Virus record (IMG/VR): IMGVR_UViG_3300017917_002795
Location: 32,001-96,000 of that record
Source of the DNA: a virus
DNA length: 64,000 nucleotides
Reading direction: 5' to 3' (one strand)
Positions 19,466 through 29,807 of this stretch are shown one piece after another. The position numbers and the translations under genes were made by a program. Below the pieces are notes generated by a model. It did not search any database, had not been told where the DNA came from, and worked only from the letters and a program-made list of their open reading frames with translations. Within the stretch, counting starts at the first letter, position 1. Every line of letters begins with the position of its first letter.

Positions 19466-21097
19466 ATGGCAGAATCTAAATTAAAACAACAAGATACGTA
19501 TCAAGGAATATATCCTACAGTTTTTAAAAAGATTGATGCTACAGATATTAACGTTAGTCCGTTTCAATCATATAAAACATGGACATTTACAAACAGTAGT
19601 CCTACTAGTAGTATACAAATATTAAAAGGTATATATTCAGATCCAAATTTTTTACCAGCATTAGGTACTAACTTAACGTATAATGATGCTGTGAATAATG
19701 ATGGATCATTGCAAACGCTTACATATTTTTCTATAAATCATTTTTATTATAAATACAAAACAGAACCTACTAAAACTTTTGGTCCTACAGATCTATCTCG
19801 AACTAAAAAAGTTTTATATGAATCTGCTTCTGTTTTTTCTTTTCCACAACGACAAATTGGCGATGGTATTAAACCAGGATCTTTTAAAATAAACGGAAAT
19901 TTCCAAGCTTCGGGTATTTACGGGGTTGGGATTTATGGAAATAGTATATATGGTAATGCTATAAATTCAAATGTTACTATTGTTTCTGATAGATATGGTA
20001 ATTTAATACATTCAGAATATCCAACAGCATCGATTATATCTAATGTAATGTGGTATGAAGGATTTAATGAATATTTTGATACAACACGAGTTGCATATTC
20101 ATCAGCTAATGTTTCATATATTCCAGGAATTTCATATAATTCAGGATCTGGATCATATGGTTATCAAGCTAATTTTGCTGGTGATGGATATATTAAAACA
20201 TCAATCGATGGTTTATATGATCGCAATCATAATTATGCAATTTCATTTTTTATTAAAGCAGAAAATAATACTGCAAATTCTAACATCATTTTAACCAAAT
20301 CTACCAGTTCATTAACACCTCAGTTTCCATTTAAAATTGAATTAACACCAAATAATTACATTGATTTTACGATTGCTGGAAGTACATCAGTTAAAAATAA
20401 TATCACATCTTCTATTGCAATGAATTCAGTTGAACGGCATATATTGTGTCAGAAATCTGGAAGTGTTATGCAGTTATGGATTGATGGTATATTGCATGCT
20501 TCAGCTAGTAGTACGTTTTTAACAGATACCAATTCACCATTAGTAGAATCTGCGCGCATTGATAACGCAGATCCGGTGTTTATTGGTGGATATGAGACTT
20601 CTGGTAGTGGATTAGTTGGTAATATAGATGAAATTCGAATTTATAATAAAGCATTAACATCCACAGAAATTGGTTATTTATGTGATATTAATTCCAATTT
20701 GACATTCATGCAAACTAATCATGTGGGTAACGTATTTTCTAAACAAGGAATAGCCGTAATTTCATCCCCGGATTATCGTTTTGATTACATCGTTAATAAC
20801 AATTTTGAAATTTCATACCGAAGCACCAAAACAATTCATGAATTATCGGTGATTGCTAATGTTAATTCAGGTGATTTTAATATGTCAACCAATTTAACAT
20901 TAACTAAAGATGATGATCAAACATATAAATCATTTGTTAGTAGTAGTAGTTTTTCACCATACATAACTACAATTGGATTATATGATGGCAATGGCCAATT
21001 ATTGGCAGTCGGAAAATTAGCTCAGCCAATACGTAAGCTTACTGATGTTGATATGAATTTATTGGTTCGTATTGATTTAGATAGGAATATATCATGA
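19466..21097 (+). CDS. Structural protein with LamG-like lectin domain
   Basis: YAISFFIK..HI..LWIDG..IGG..GNIDEIRIYNKALT; C-terminal YITTIGLYD..LLAVGKLAQP. Confidence 0.7.
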   Translation: MAESKLKQQDTYQGIYPTVFKKIDATDINVSPFQSYKTWTFTNSSPTSSIQILKGIYSDPNFLPALGTNLTYNDAVNNDGSLQTLTYFSINHFYYKYKTEPTKTFGPTDLSRTKKVLYESASVFSFPQRQIGDGIKPGSFKINGNFQASGIYGVGIYGNSIYGNAINSNVTIVSDRYGNLIHSEYPTASIISNVMWYEGFNEYFDTTRVAYSSANVSYIPGISYNSGSGSYGYQANFAGDGYIKTSIDGLYDRNHNYAISFFIKAENNTANSNIILTKSTSSLTPQFPFKIELTPNNYIDFTIAGSTSVKNNITSSIAMNSVERHILCQKSGSVMQLWIDGILHASASSTFLTDTNSPLVESARIDNADPVFIGGYETSGSGLVGNIDEIRIYNKALTSTEIGYLCDINSNLTFMQTNHVGNVFSKQGIAVISSPDYRFDYIVNNNFEISYRSTKTIHELSVIANVNSGDFNMSTNLTLTKDDDQTYKSFVSSSSFSPYITTIGLYDGNGQLLAVGKLAQPIRKLTDVDMNLLVRIDLDRNIS

Positions 21098-21639
21098 TAC
21101 GTTTAAAACATTTATTAAATGAAATTTCACAACCAGAAATTCAGCGTTTATTAGAAAAAATCAAACAAAAACAATTTCGTTTATTAGCAACCGGTGATAA
21201 TGGTCGTGTTTATGAAATTGATGGGGAAGATAAAGTTTTTAAAATCACACAAGAACGAGATGAATTAGATGTTGCTTCGGTTATTGTAGGTCGTTGGACT
21301 GAGTTTACTACTTTTATTCCAGTATATTACATTAATAACCGGGAATCAATGTATATCATGGCTAATGCTAATCAATTAACTAGTTCTGATAAAATGTATA
21401 TCGATGAATTTATGTCTAGATATAAAGATTTTGCACGTGCAGAAGGAGGCGAAGTTTCAATTTTTGATTTTTTAGATGCAGATGGTGCTCGTAATACTGA
21501 TGTTAAATTAGTGAATTTTTTACGGTCATTACAAACAGATGTTAGCAAAATAGGTATTGATGAATTAGATTTAGATCTTGATTTTAGTTCTAATAATGTT
21601 ATGATTTGGAATGGTAAAATGGTATTAGTTGATTGGTAA
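21094..21639 (+). CDS. Minimal protein-kinase-like fold protein
   Basis: Gly loop ATGDNGRVY, VFK, helix-C Glu, catalytic DFSSNN (DxxxxN), terminal LVDW (DFG-like); leader MIRLKHLLNE. Confidence 0.65.
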   Translation: MIRLKHLLNEISQPEIQRLLEKIKQKQFRLLATGDNGRVYEIDGEDKVFKITQERDELDVASVIVGRWTEFTTFIPVYYINNRESMYIMANANQLTSSDKMYIDEFMSRYKDFARAEGGEVSIFDFLDADGARNTDVKLVNFLRSLQTDVSKIGIDELDLDLDFSSNNVMIWNGKMVLVDW

Positions 21640-21652
21640 AAAATAATTAATT

Positions 21653-22135
21653 ATGAGAAAAAATCACTTTCATAGTGCTGGAAATTCAAAACGAGCTGCA
21701 GCACTTAAATATGGTTATAAATCTGGTTTAGAACATGTTGTAGCAGAATACATAAAAAGTACTGAATATGATTTGAAATATGAAACAGAAACCATACATT
21801 ATATAGTACCAGAGCGCAAAGCAAAATATACACCAGATTTTGTTTTTACGAAACGCAATGGAAATTTTATGTTTATAGAAACAAAAGGACGTTGGACTAC
21901 TGCAGATCGACAAAAAATGAAACATGTATTAGCATCAAATCCTGGAATTGATATACGAATGGTATTTCAAAATCCAAATCAACGCCTATCAAAAACCAGC
22001 AAAACAACATATGAAGAAGCTGCTCGTAAAATGGGTATTATGTATGTTGCAAAAAAAGATATTCCAGCTGAATGGTTAACAGAATGCGTAAAATCGGGCG
22101 AATCTCCGGCAGATGTGAAACGTTTTTTTAGTTAA
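21653..22135 (+). CDS. Holliday junction resolvase, T7 endonuclease I-like
   Basis: YKSGLE..YTPDF..IETKGRW..DRQK..DIRMVFQ. Confidence 0.9.
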   Translation: MRKNHFHSAGNSKRAAALKYGYKSGLEHVVAEYIKSTEYDLKYETETIHYIVPERKAKYTPDFVFTKRNGNFMFIETKGRWTTADRQKMKHVLASNPGIDIRMVFQNPNQRLSKTSKTTYEEAARKMGIMYVAKKDIPAEWLTECVKSGESPADVKRFFS

Positions 22136-22176
22136 GGTTTGATATTTGAAAAATTTTTAATATATTCATGAAGATT

Positions 22177-22247
22177 AATGAAATTTATTTAATTAATAGA
22201 TTGAATGAAATGTTAATGTAATGAAATCGTTAGATCAGTAATGAAAT
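22177..22247 (+). repeat. Four AATGAAAT direct repeats in the AT-rich gap before the primase
   Basis: Copies at 22177, 22204, 22220 and 22240. Confidence 0.7.
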
Positions 22248-22286
22248 GTATGTATCTAACCAATATATAATAATTTAATATATTAA

Positions 22287-22315
22287 TTGGAATCCTTACA
22301 GAATTTCATTATAAT
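22287..22315 (+). promoter_or_regulatory. Putative promoter TTGGAA-N17-TATAAT, probably leaderless
   Basis: The -10 box ends 5 nt before the primase ATG. Confidence 0.6.
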
Positions 22316-22320
22316 AAAAT

Positions 22321-23265
22321 ATGAAGAATATTAAACTTTTGCAATTACTAGAATCAATTCTAGGCAAAGGTAAATCAACTTCCGGAAACAATATTGCATT
22401 TTTCTCACCGTTTGTTTCACACTACAAGCCAAAATTAGAAATTGATATCAACACCAATTCTGCCGGTGAAAATGCTTGGCATTGTTGGATATCTGATAAA
22501 AAAGGTCGTACAATTTCTTCATTGTTTAAACAATTAAATTTACCAAAAGAACGGTTTGAACAACTTGCTAAAATAATAGAATCATCACGATACCGTAGTA
22601 CATCGGCAGAAACAAAACCTGCGCAAATTCTGCAACTACCAGCAGAATATATTCCACTTTGGAAAAAGAAATCTACACCAGATTACCGCAATGCAATGTA
22701 TTATTTATCATCACGTGGTATAACTATGTTCGATATTTTAAAATATAGAATAGGTTATTGTGAATCTGGAGAATATTCCGGTAAAATCATAATACCAAGT
22801 TATGATGCGATGGGACAATTAAATTATTTTGTAAGCCGAGCATTTTATAAAGCAGACACTCAAAAACATAAAAATCCAAAAGTTTCCAAAGATATTATTG
22901 GGTTTGAAATGTTTATCAACTGGTCTCAACCTATCATCTTATGTGAAGGTTCATTTGATGCAATTGCCGTTAAACGCAATGCAATTCCACTTTTTGGAAA
23001 AATAATTCAGCCAGCATTACAAAAGAAGATTATTGAAGAACGTGTACGAGATATATACATTTGCCTTGATGCCGATGCGTTGAAAAATGCATTAGATATT
23101 GCCGAAAGATTTATGGGTGAAGGTTTAAATGTATATTTCGTAGAGTTAAAAAATCAAGATGCATCAGAATTAGGATTCACTCAAATAAGAAAAATTATTG
23201 AAAATACTGATCTATTAACATTTGAACGTGTTATGGAATTAAGAATGGGTTTAATATGGATATAA
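22321..23265 (+). CDS. DNA primase (DnaG/TOPRIM type)
   Basis: IIIPSY..YFVSR, CEGSFDAIAV, ICLDADA, QDASE. Confidence 0.88.
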   Translation: MKNIKLLQLLESILGKGKSTSGNNIAFFSPFVSHYKPKLEIDINTNSAGENAWHCWISDKKGRTISSLFKQLNLPKERFEQLAKIIESSRYRSTSAETKPAQILQLPAEYIPLWKKKSTPDYRNAMYYLSSRGITMFDILKYRIGYCESGEYSGKIIIPSYDAMGQLNYFVSRAFYKADTQKHKNPKVSKDIIGFEMFINWSQPIILCEGSFDAIAVKRNAIPLFGKIIQPALQKKIIEERVRDIYICLDADALKNALDIAERFMGEGLNVYFVELKNQDASELGFTQIRKIIENTDLLTFERVMELRMGLIWI

Positions 23266-26200
23266 AGATTGACAAAATATTTCACATTTCAGACATACAT
23301 ATTCGCACTTTAAAACGTCACGCAGAGTATCGTCATGTATTTGAAAATTTATTCAATTATATTAATCAACATAAAACTGAACATAGCATAGCAGTTGTTA
23401 CTGGAGATATTGTGCATAGCAAATTAGATATGTCACCAGAACTTGTTCAAATGCTAGTTGATTTTTTCAATGGATTCACATTACCTACCATTGTTATTCT
23501 AGGTAACCATGACATGAACTTGAACAATATGCACCGCGTAGATGCAGTTAGTCCGGTGTTAGATGTTATAGGTAATTCAAATATTCGGTTTATCAAAGAA
23601 AATGGCACGTTTGAGTTTGGTGGCATTACATGGAATCATATGGCTGTTGATAAGACACCTGCAGATTATGTTCGAGCTGAAGATTTTACAGCTTCATATA
23701 AAATTGCAATGCACCATGGAGCTGTTCACACTGCAAAAACTGATATTGGATATGAAATTTCAAATGATCATGTTACCACAGATTTATTCGAAGGACATGA
23801 TATTACATTGTTAGGCGATATTCATAAACCAGCTCAATTCTTAGATGATGCTCAAAGCATTGCATATCCCGGTTCGTTGATCCAGCAGAACCACGGAGAA
23901 GCATTAGACCATGGAATTTTAGTATGGGATGTTGCTAGCAGATCAGCTGAATTTGTTCAAATTGAAAATGATTACGGATATGTTACATTAGAAGTGCATG
24001 GTGATAAAATTGTATCACATCCACACCGAATGCCACGAAAACCTAGAATTCGTATTAAATTCAATGATACTAGTGCAGCGGATATGAAAAAATTGATTGC
24101 AACTATTCGCAAGAAATATGATGTTCAAGATATCACAATACAACGAACTATTAACACTGCACAACAAGGCAATATTCAAAATTTAGCTATTGGAAATGTA
24201 CGTGACGTTGAATATCAAAACACACTTTTATCAGATTATATTGATTCAAATTTTCCACAAGCAACGGCAGCTGAAGTTGACGCAATACGACACATTAACA
24301 GAACCATTAATTCAAAACTCCCGGCAGTAGAATCAATTCGTCATACCACGTGGCATCCGGTGTCATTTGAATTTGATAACATGTTTTCATATGGAGAAGG
24401 CAATGTTTTAAATTTTGAAAATTTGTCAGATGTGTGTGGTTTATTTGCTGCTAATACTTCTGGTAAATCTAGTTTACTTGATGCTATTACATACACAATA
24501 TTTGATAAATGCAGTAAAACTGGCAAAGCAAATGAAGTATTAAACAACAAGAAAACATGGTTTCGTGGAGTATTTCGTTTTGAAATGAATGGCATTATGT
24601 ATACCATCGAACGACATGGAACTCAGAATAAAAAACATAAAACTCATGTTAAAGTTGATGTTAATTTTTATACTGATTCGGAAAATCTAAATGGTGAAGA
24701 ACGAAGTGATACTAATAAAAATATACGTAGATATTTAGGAACATATGATGATTTTATTTTAACTGCATTTTCACTTCAAGCAGATAACAACAACTTCATT
24801 GAAAAATCACAGAAAGAAAGAAAAGATTTGCTTTCACAGTTTTTAGACATCACGGTGTTTGAACAACTATATCAACTTGCTGCCGATGAAATCAAGGAAA
24901 CCGCCGGGCGATTAAAAGAATATAAGAAAACGGATTTTGCAGAAATCATTGTTAATGCAGACCAAATCATTTCAGAAAATCAACACACAATTTCCACATT
25001 AGAAAACACAGAAGATGAATTACAAGATAATAGAAATGCAATGCAAGAACAAATTGTTTCGTTGATTGAAACTAAAATGCCAACAACATATGATGGACCA
25101 AATATCAATGCACTGAAACAACAAGAAGCCACATTAATACAACAAATAGAAACAATTCAACAAGACATAGAAACTGCGGAACATGATTTAGATGTATTAA
25201 CTGATAAAATTGAAACACAAGAAACACAATTATCAGAATTTGATATCAATGATATAAACGAAAAAACCAAACAATATTCTAAAATTGAAAACACCGTTAA
25301 TACACTTTTACAGAATCATCGTCAACAAAAGGAAATAGTAAATGGCAAACAAGAGAAAATTGATCACCTTGCAACACACGAATATGATCCGCAATGTAAA
25401 TACTGTACATCTAACGTTTTCGTGCAAAATGCAATCGAAGCCCAGAATACAATTGATTCGGATAGAGCGGTATTAAATGACATTCAAACCCGTATACATG
25501 ATTTGAATTTGGAATTAGATGCTTTAAAGCCGGTGTTTACACAAACTGAACAATATAACGATTTGCAAACTGCAATCAAAACAAACAAGATTACATTGGA
25601 ACGCAATGAACTTCAACTTCAAATTTTAGAAAGCGATTTGCAAACACGTGAATCTGAATTAGAAACTGTTGTTGAACGCCAAGAAATGTTTCGTCGCAAT
25701 GAAACGGCTATCGCTCATAATGAAACTATCGATGTGCAAATTGAAACATGCAAATCTAAAATAACGACCTGCACTGAAAACATCAAACAAATTCAAACTA
25801 AAATCAAATCATTGCATGGGGCTATTGAAGTTTCTAAAACAAAAAAGGCAACAGCATTGCAACAACTTGAAATATATCAACAGTTAGAAATAGAATATAA
25901 AGCATATGAATATTACCTAGCTTCAGTTAAACGAGATGGAATTCCTTATGAATTAATTTCTAAAGCTCTTCCAAAAATTGAGGCTGAAATAAACAATGTG
26001 CTTAACCAAATAGTTGATTTTAATATGGTGTTAAACACGGATGGTAAAAACATTAACGGATACATCATTTACGATGAAGATAATTTTTGGCCATTAGAAT
26101 TAACTAGTGGAATGGAACGTTTTATTTCATCTCTAGCAATACGCATTGCACTTATTAATGTTTCAGCACTACCGCGTCCAAATTTCATTGCAATTGATGA

Positions 26201-26378
26201 AGGCTGGGGTTCATTGGATTCAGACCACATTTCTTCAGTAGTAAACTTATTTGAATATTTTCGTACTAAATTTGACTTTGCTATTATTATCAGTCACGTT
26301 GATTCAATGCGAGACATGGTAGATAATCTTATCGAAGTTAACAAAACATCAGGATATAGTCAGATTAATCATGTGTGA
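23256..26378 (+). CDS. Fused Mre11/SbcD nuclease and Rad50/SbcC ATPase (gp47-gp46-like)
   Basis: Phosphoesterase motifs SDIH, TGD, GNHD, HHG, GDIH; Walker A NTSGKSS; coiled coil with CKYC hook; TSGMER signature; IAIDEG; IISH. Confidence 0.92.
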   Translation: MDIKIDKIFHISDIHIRTLKRHAEYRHVFENLFNYINQHKTEHSIAVVTGDIVHSKLDMSPELVQMLVDFFNGFTLPTIVILGNHDMNLNNMHRVDAVSPVLDVIGNSNIRFIKENGTFEFGGITWNHMAVDKTPADYVRAEDFTASYKIAMHHGAVHTAKTDIGYEISNDHVTTDLFEGHDITLLGDIHKPAQFLDDAQSIAYPGSLIQQNHGEALDHGILVWDVASRSAEFVQIENDYGYVTLEVHGDKIVSHPHRMPRKPRIRIKFNDTSAADMKKLIATIRKKYDVQDITIQRTINTAQQGNIQNLAIGNVRDVEYQNTLLSDYIDSNFPQATAAEVDAIRHINRTINSKLPAVESIRHTTWHPVSFEFDNMFSYGEGNVLNFENLSDVCGLFAANTSGKSSLLDAITYTIFDKCSKTGKANEVLNNKKTWFRGVFRFEMNGIMYTIERHGTQNKKHKTHVKVDVNFYTDSENLNGEERSDTNKNIRRYLGTYDDFILTAFSLQADNNNFIEKSQKERKDLLSQFLDITVFEQLYQLAADEIKETAGRLKEYKKTDFAEIIVNADQIISENQHTISTLENTEDELQDNRNAMQEQIVSLIETKMPTTYDGPNINALKQQEATLIQQIETIQQDIETAEHDLDVLTDKIETQETQLSEFDINDINEKTKQYSKIENTVNTLLQNHRQQKEIVNGKQEKIDHLATHEYDPQCKYCTSNVFVQNAIEAQNTIDSDRAVLNDIQTRIHDLNLELDALKPVFTQTEQYNDLQTAIKTNKITLERNELQLQILESDLQTRESELETVVERQEMFRRNETAIAHNETIDVQIETCKSKITTCTENIKQIQTKIKSLHGAIEVSKTKKATALQQLEIYQQLEIEYKAYEYYLASVKRDGIPYELISKALPKIEAEINNVLNQIVDFNMVLNTDGKNINGYIIYDEDNFWPLELTSGMERFISSLAIRIALINVSALPRPNFIAIDEGWGSLDSDHISSVVNLFEYFRTKFDFAIIISHVDSMRDMVDNLIEVNKTSGYSQINHV

Positions 26379-26402
26379 TATTTATATTAAAATGTCATAT
26401 AC

Positions 26403-29400
26403 ATGAAGCGTAAAGAAGCAGTTTATAAAGGAGTAAATCTTACGGAAGTTTATTTTGAAGATACATCATTAACATCACCAGAATATTTTCAAATATCAGA
26501 ATTTCCAACACGTTTAACTGCTGGGAAAAATCTATTTAAACTTCGAGGACATCCCACAAATTTACGGGTTGGTGGTGTTTTAAATTTAGAAGTATTAGAT
26601 TATAACGGTGATCCTATCTACACAGAAATTGTTGATTATCTTGAAGAAGATAAGTCCCGAGTTATTGCAATCTATATTTATTCTGAAACATCACCGGGCG
26701 ATTGCACAGTAACATTAGTAGCTGAAGCAGTAACGATACAAGGTGCACCAGTGCCAATTGAATGGCAAGGACGTCCTAACGTTAAATGGTCTAGAACTGT
26801 CCCGGTTAATCCAAACGTTTCCAATGAAACTGAAATCATATTTACCAAATCACCAGCAATCATAGTATCAGAACAGATAGGAGTACAATTAAATCGTATA
26901 TATCCATCCAATGAACAATTTCCAACATATACCACCGGTCAAGTTCGTTATTTTTCATTGAATGGGGAGCCTGCTATTGAAATTTCCTCCGGGAAATTCT
27001 CCGGAGACATGAAAACTGGTACTATAACTGTACCGGCTCCAGTAAACCCTGCCCCTACACCTAATTTTCCGGTGGTTTCCACGCCTTACGTGTCTACGAT
27101 AAAAAAGATATTATCTGAAACAACGGCTTTGTTAGATCGCGAATATACGGCTTTTAGTAGCCAAAGCATTGCACCACATATATACACGGAATTTGCAGAG
27201 TCTGCATTTTCAATGTCATATGAAGCATCACCTACGTATGTGGCAACAGAAAACTCACAATCATTCGCATTGATACAACTTAAAGGATTAGATCCATCAA
27301 CTGGTGATGTGTCTCGAATCAAAGTTTATACCAATAACAAAGGTACGGTTGGAACATGGGAATTGGTTAATGATATTGAGTTAGAAGAAACGGAAATATT
27401 CGTAACTAGCACAGCATCATTATTTCCAGATGAATCTATAGGATCATTTGTATCACAGAGTATTATTGACACATATTGGGAAGGATTTACATATCAAGGT
27501 AAAACCACAGCAACTGCACCTGTATTAACATGGTCTACTGCATCTATGAATAATGCCATGGTAATTGGCAATGTTGTTGATATATCTGCTCTAAATGCAG
27601 TGAATGTTGTTCAAACTAAAGAAGCATTTAATGGGGTATTCATTGAAAAATCTGCATATAAAGTTACCATCGATGCAATTGGAAGTAGATCCGCAGATGG
27701 ATTGAATCCAAAACTATCCGTGTATGTGTCTGGATCTGCATTTTCATTTGATACTACCGATTACTTTAATCAAGAATTACCTAGAATTCTAGGTAAACGC
27801 ATCGGAGAAATTGAAATTACATCAAATTCACAACGCATTGATGATAAAGTATTTAATTTTGAATCTGATTATGATGGAACGGGTGCTTTACTATTTGTTA
27901 TAGAAGCTGGCAACTGGGAACTATCTGATGTGCGAACTACTACGGATAATGATGCAGGGTATTCGCCAAACTACACCAGATTGCGTTCTGTTATTAATAC
28001 TCCACATAAATCAAACAATCAGATTTCATTTAAAGTAGAATATTATAATGTTGCTGGCGTAAAGAGTAAACAAGAATCATATCTTTACAACAATTCATGG
28101 AAAGGTGGTAATCGTTATATTGATGGCGATTATTCAATGCTAACCGGTTCACTCTATGTTGCAGATTCATTGGAATCGGGTGTTGCAATATCCGGATATA
28201 AAGATACTGGTTTTGTTAGATCATTAGGATATGAAGGATTTGAAGCTGGATTTCCAGGATTCTTGCTTTGGAGTGGATCTGCATTATCTGGTTCAGCAGG
28301 TTCAAAAGGAGGTGTTCCTTATAGTGGCGTTGGATTAGAACTGTATGCCAATACCGCAAGTTATTTTAGATACTCGACTTCAGATTCAGAAATTGATGTG
28401 CGTACTGACAAATTCTTTTTTGGAAATCCAAATACTGCATATATCAGTGGTAGTAATGGCTTGTTAGAAATTTCATCATCTAAATTTTTATTAAGTAGTA
28501 GTGGAGCTGTTTTTATTGAAGGCGATGTTAATGCAACTGTTGGAAACTTTGAAGATGTGAATATAATAGGTATTCCGGTATTCCAATCAGGATCATTGCT
28601 TTATTTTTTAGAAACATGGTTTACATCATCAACGTATATTTTAAATGCATATAACGGAACACAATCAGCAGCTCCTGTTACATCATATTTTAATTATGGA
28701 TTATTAGGATGGTCTGCTAGTAACAGTGCATTAGCAACGCCTCTTTTTACATCATCGATCATGTCTGCGTCTAAATATTCTGGCGTAACAACTCCAAAAC
28801 CTCCTTTGTTTAAACAATGGTTTGAATATACGCATGACAATTCATATTATCCATATTATCCATATGGATCAAAACAATACAATCCAGTAAATAATGTACA
28901 ATTTAGAATTCCAGATGCTGGCACAGGAACGTATACAATAACTAGTGATATAATAACAATACCTGTCGACATATTATCATCTGATAACATGGAAGGATTA
29001 TTATTGCAAACAGTCGCAATGATTGGGCCTAGTTTTGGAGGATATTCGCCTAGCATAAGTGTTCAAATACAAAATGCTAGCGGAGTAAATTTAAAAACTT
29101 TAACATATACTGTTGATAATTCTAGATGGAATTATTTTAATATTGCATTAACACCTATATTAGTATCATATGATTCCTTTGGAAGCCTGACAATAACTAA
29201 TCAAATACGAATTCGATTAAGTTGGTCTGGTGCAAATACACCAGGGGGTGGTAATCTTAATTGGATTAGATGGGGAGAATTACGAATCATAAAAATACCA
29301 CAAGGACCAGGATTATCAATAACTAACGTTACTTTTGGTGATAGTGCATTATCCTCCGGACCATTATTTAATACATCTGGTAGCACTCAACATCTAGGAC

Positions 29401-29786
29401 ATTTTGTTCCAGAAGACGATAATGCTTATAATTTAGGTATTTCTAACCGTAGATGGGATGATATTTATGCTACTAATAATGTAATTCAAACTTCAGATAT
29501 ATCGCAAAAAGAAAATATAATAGATTCTGATTTAGGATTACATTTCATAAATTTATTGAGGCCGGTTAGTTATAAATTCAAAGAAAGATCTAGAACACAT
29601 TATGGGTTAATCGCTCAAGAAGTTAGTGCATCATTAATGCAATTAGATAAAACAACAAGTGAATTTGCTGGTATCGTGACAGGGTCTTTGCTTGGATTAC
29701 GATATATTGAACTATTATCACCTATGATTAAAGCAATACAAGAACTATCTACAGAAGTACAACAATTAAAATTAAATCAAAAATAA
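26403..29786 (+). CDS. Tail fibre/spike with C-terminal peptidase S74 intramolecular chaperone
   Basis: SDISQKENI..LRPVSYKFK..HYGLIAQEV..LRYIELLSPMIKAIQEL. Confidence 0.8.
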   Translation: MKRKEAVYKGVNLTEVYFEDTSLTSPEYFQISEFPTRLTAGKNLFKLRGHPTNLRVGGVLNLEVLDYNGDPIYTEIVDYLEEDKSRVIAIYIYSETSPGDCTVTLVAEAVTIQGAPVPIEWQGRPNVKWSRTVPVNPNVSNETEIIFTKSPAIIVSEQIGVQLNRIYPSNEQFPTYTTGQVRYFSLNGEPAIEISSGKFSGDMKTGTITVPAPVNPAPTPNFPVVSTPYVSTIKKILSETTALLDREYTAFSSQSIAPHIYTEFAESAFSMSYEASPTYVATENSQSFALIQLKGLDPSTGDVSRIKVYTNNKGTVGTWELVNDIELEETEIFVTSTASLFPDESIGSFVSQSIIDTYWEGFTYQGKTTATAPVLTWSTASMNNAMVIGNVVDISALNAVNVVQTKEAFNGVFIEKSAYKVTIDAIGSRSADGLNPKLSVYVSGSAFSFDTTDYFNQELPRILGKRIGEIEITSNSQRIDDKVFNFESDYDGTGALLFVIEAGNWELSDVRTTTDNDAGYSPNYTRLRSVINTPHKSNNQISFKVEYYNVAGVKSKQESYLYNNSWKGGNRYIDGDYSMLTGSLYVADSLESGVAISGYKDTGFVRSLGYEGFEAGFPGFLLWSGSALSGSAGSKGGVPYSGVGLELYANTASYFRYSTSDSEIDVRTDKFFFGNPNTAYISGSNGLLEISSSKFLLSSSGAVFIEGDVNATVGNFEDVNIIGIPVFQSGSLLYFLETWFTSSTYILNAYNGTQSAAPVTSYFNYGLLGWSASNSALATPLFTSSIMSASKYSGVTTPKPPLFKQWFEYTHDNSYYPYYPYGSKQYNPVNNVQFRIPDAGTGTYTITSDIITIPVDILSSDNMEGLLLQTVAMIGPSFGGYSPSISVQIQNASGVNLKTLTYTVDNSRWNYFNIALTPILVSYDSFGSLTITNQIRIRLSWSGANTPGGGNLNWIRWGELRIIKIPQGPGLSITNVTFGDSALSSGPLFNTSGSTQHLGHFVPEDDNAYNLGISNRRWDDIYATNNVIQTSDISQKENIIDSDLGLHFINLLRPVSYKFKERSRTHYGLIAQEVSASLMQLDKTTSEFAGIVTGSLLGLRYIELLSPMIKAIQELSTEVQQLKLNQK

Positions 29787-29807
29787 CATATTTATATTAA
29801 AATTCAT

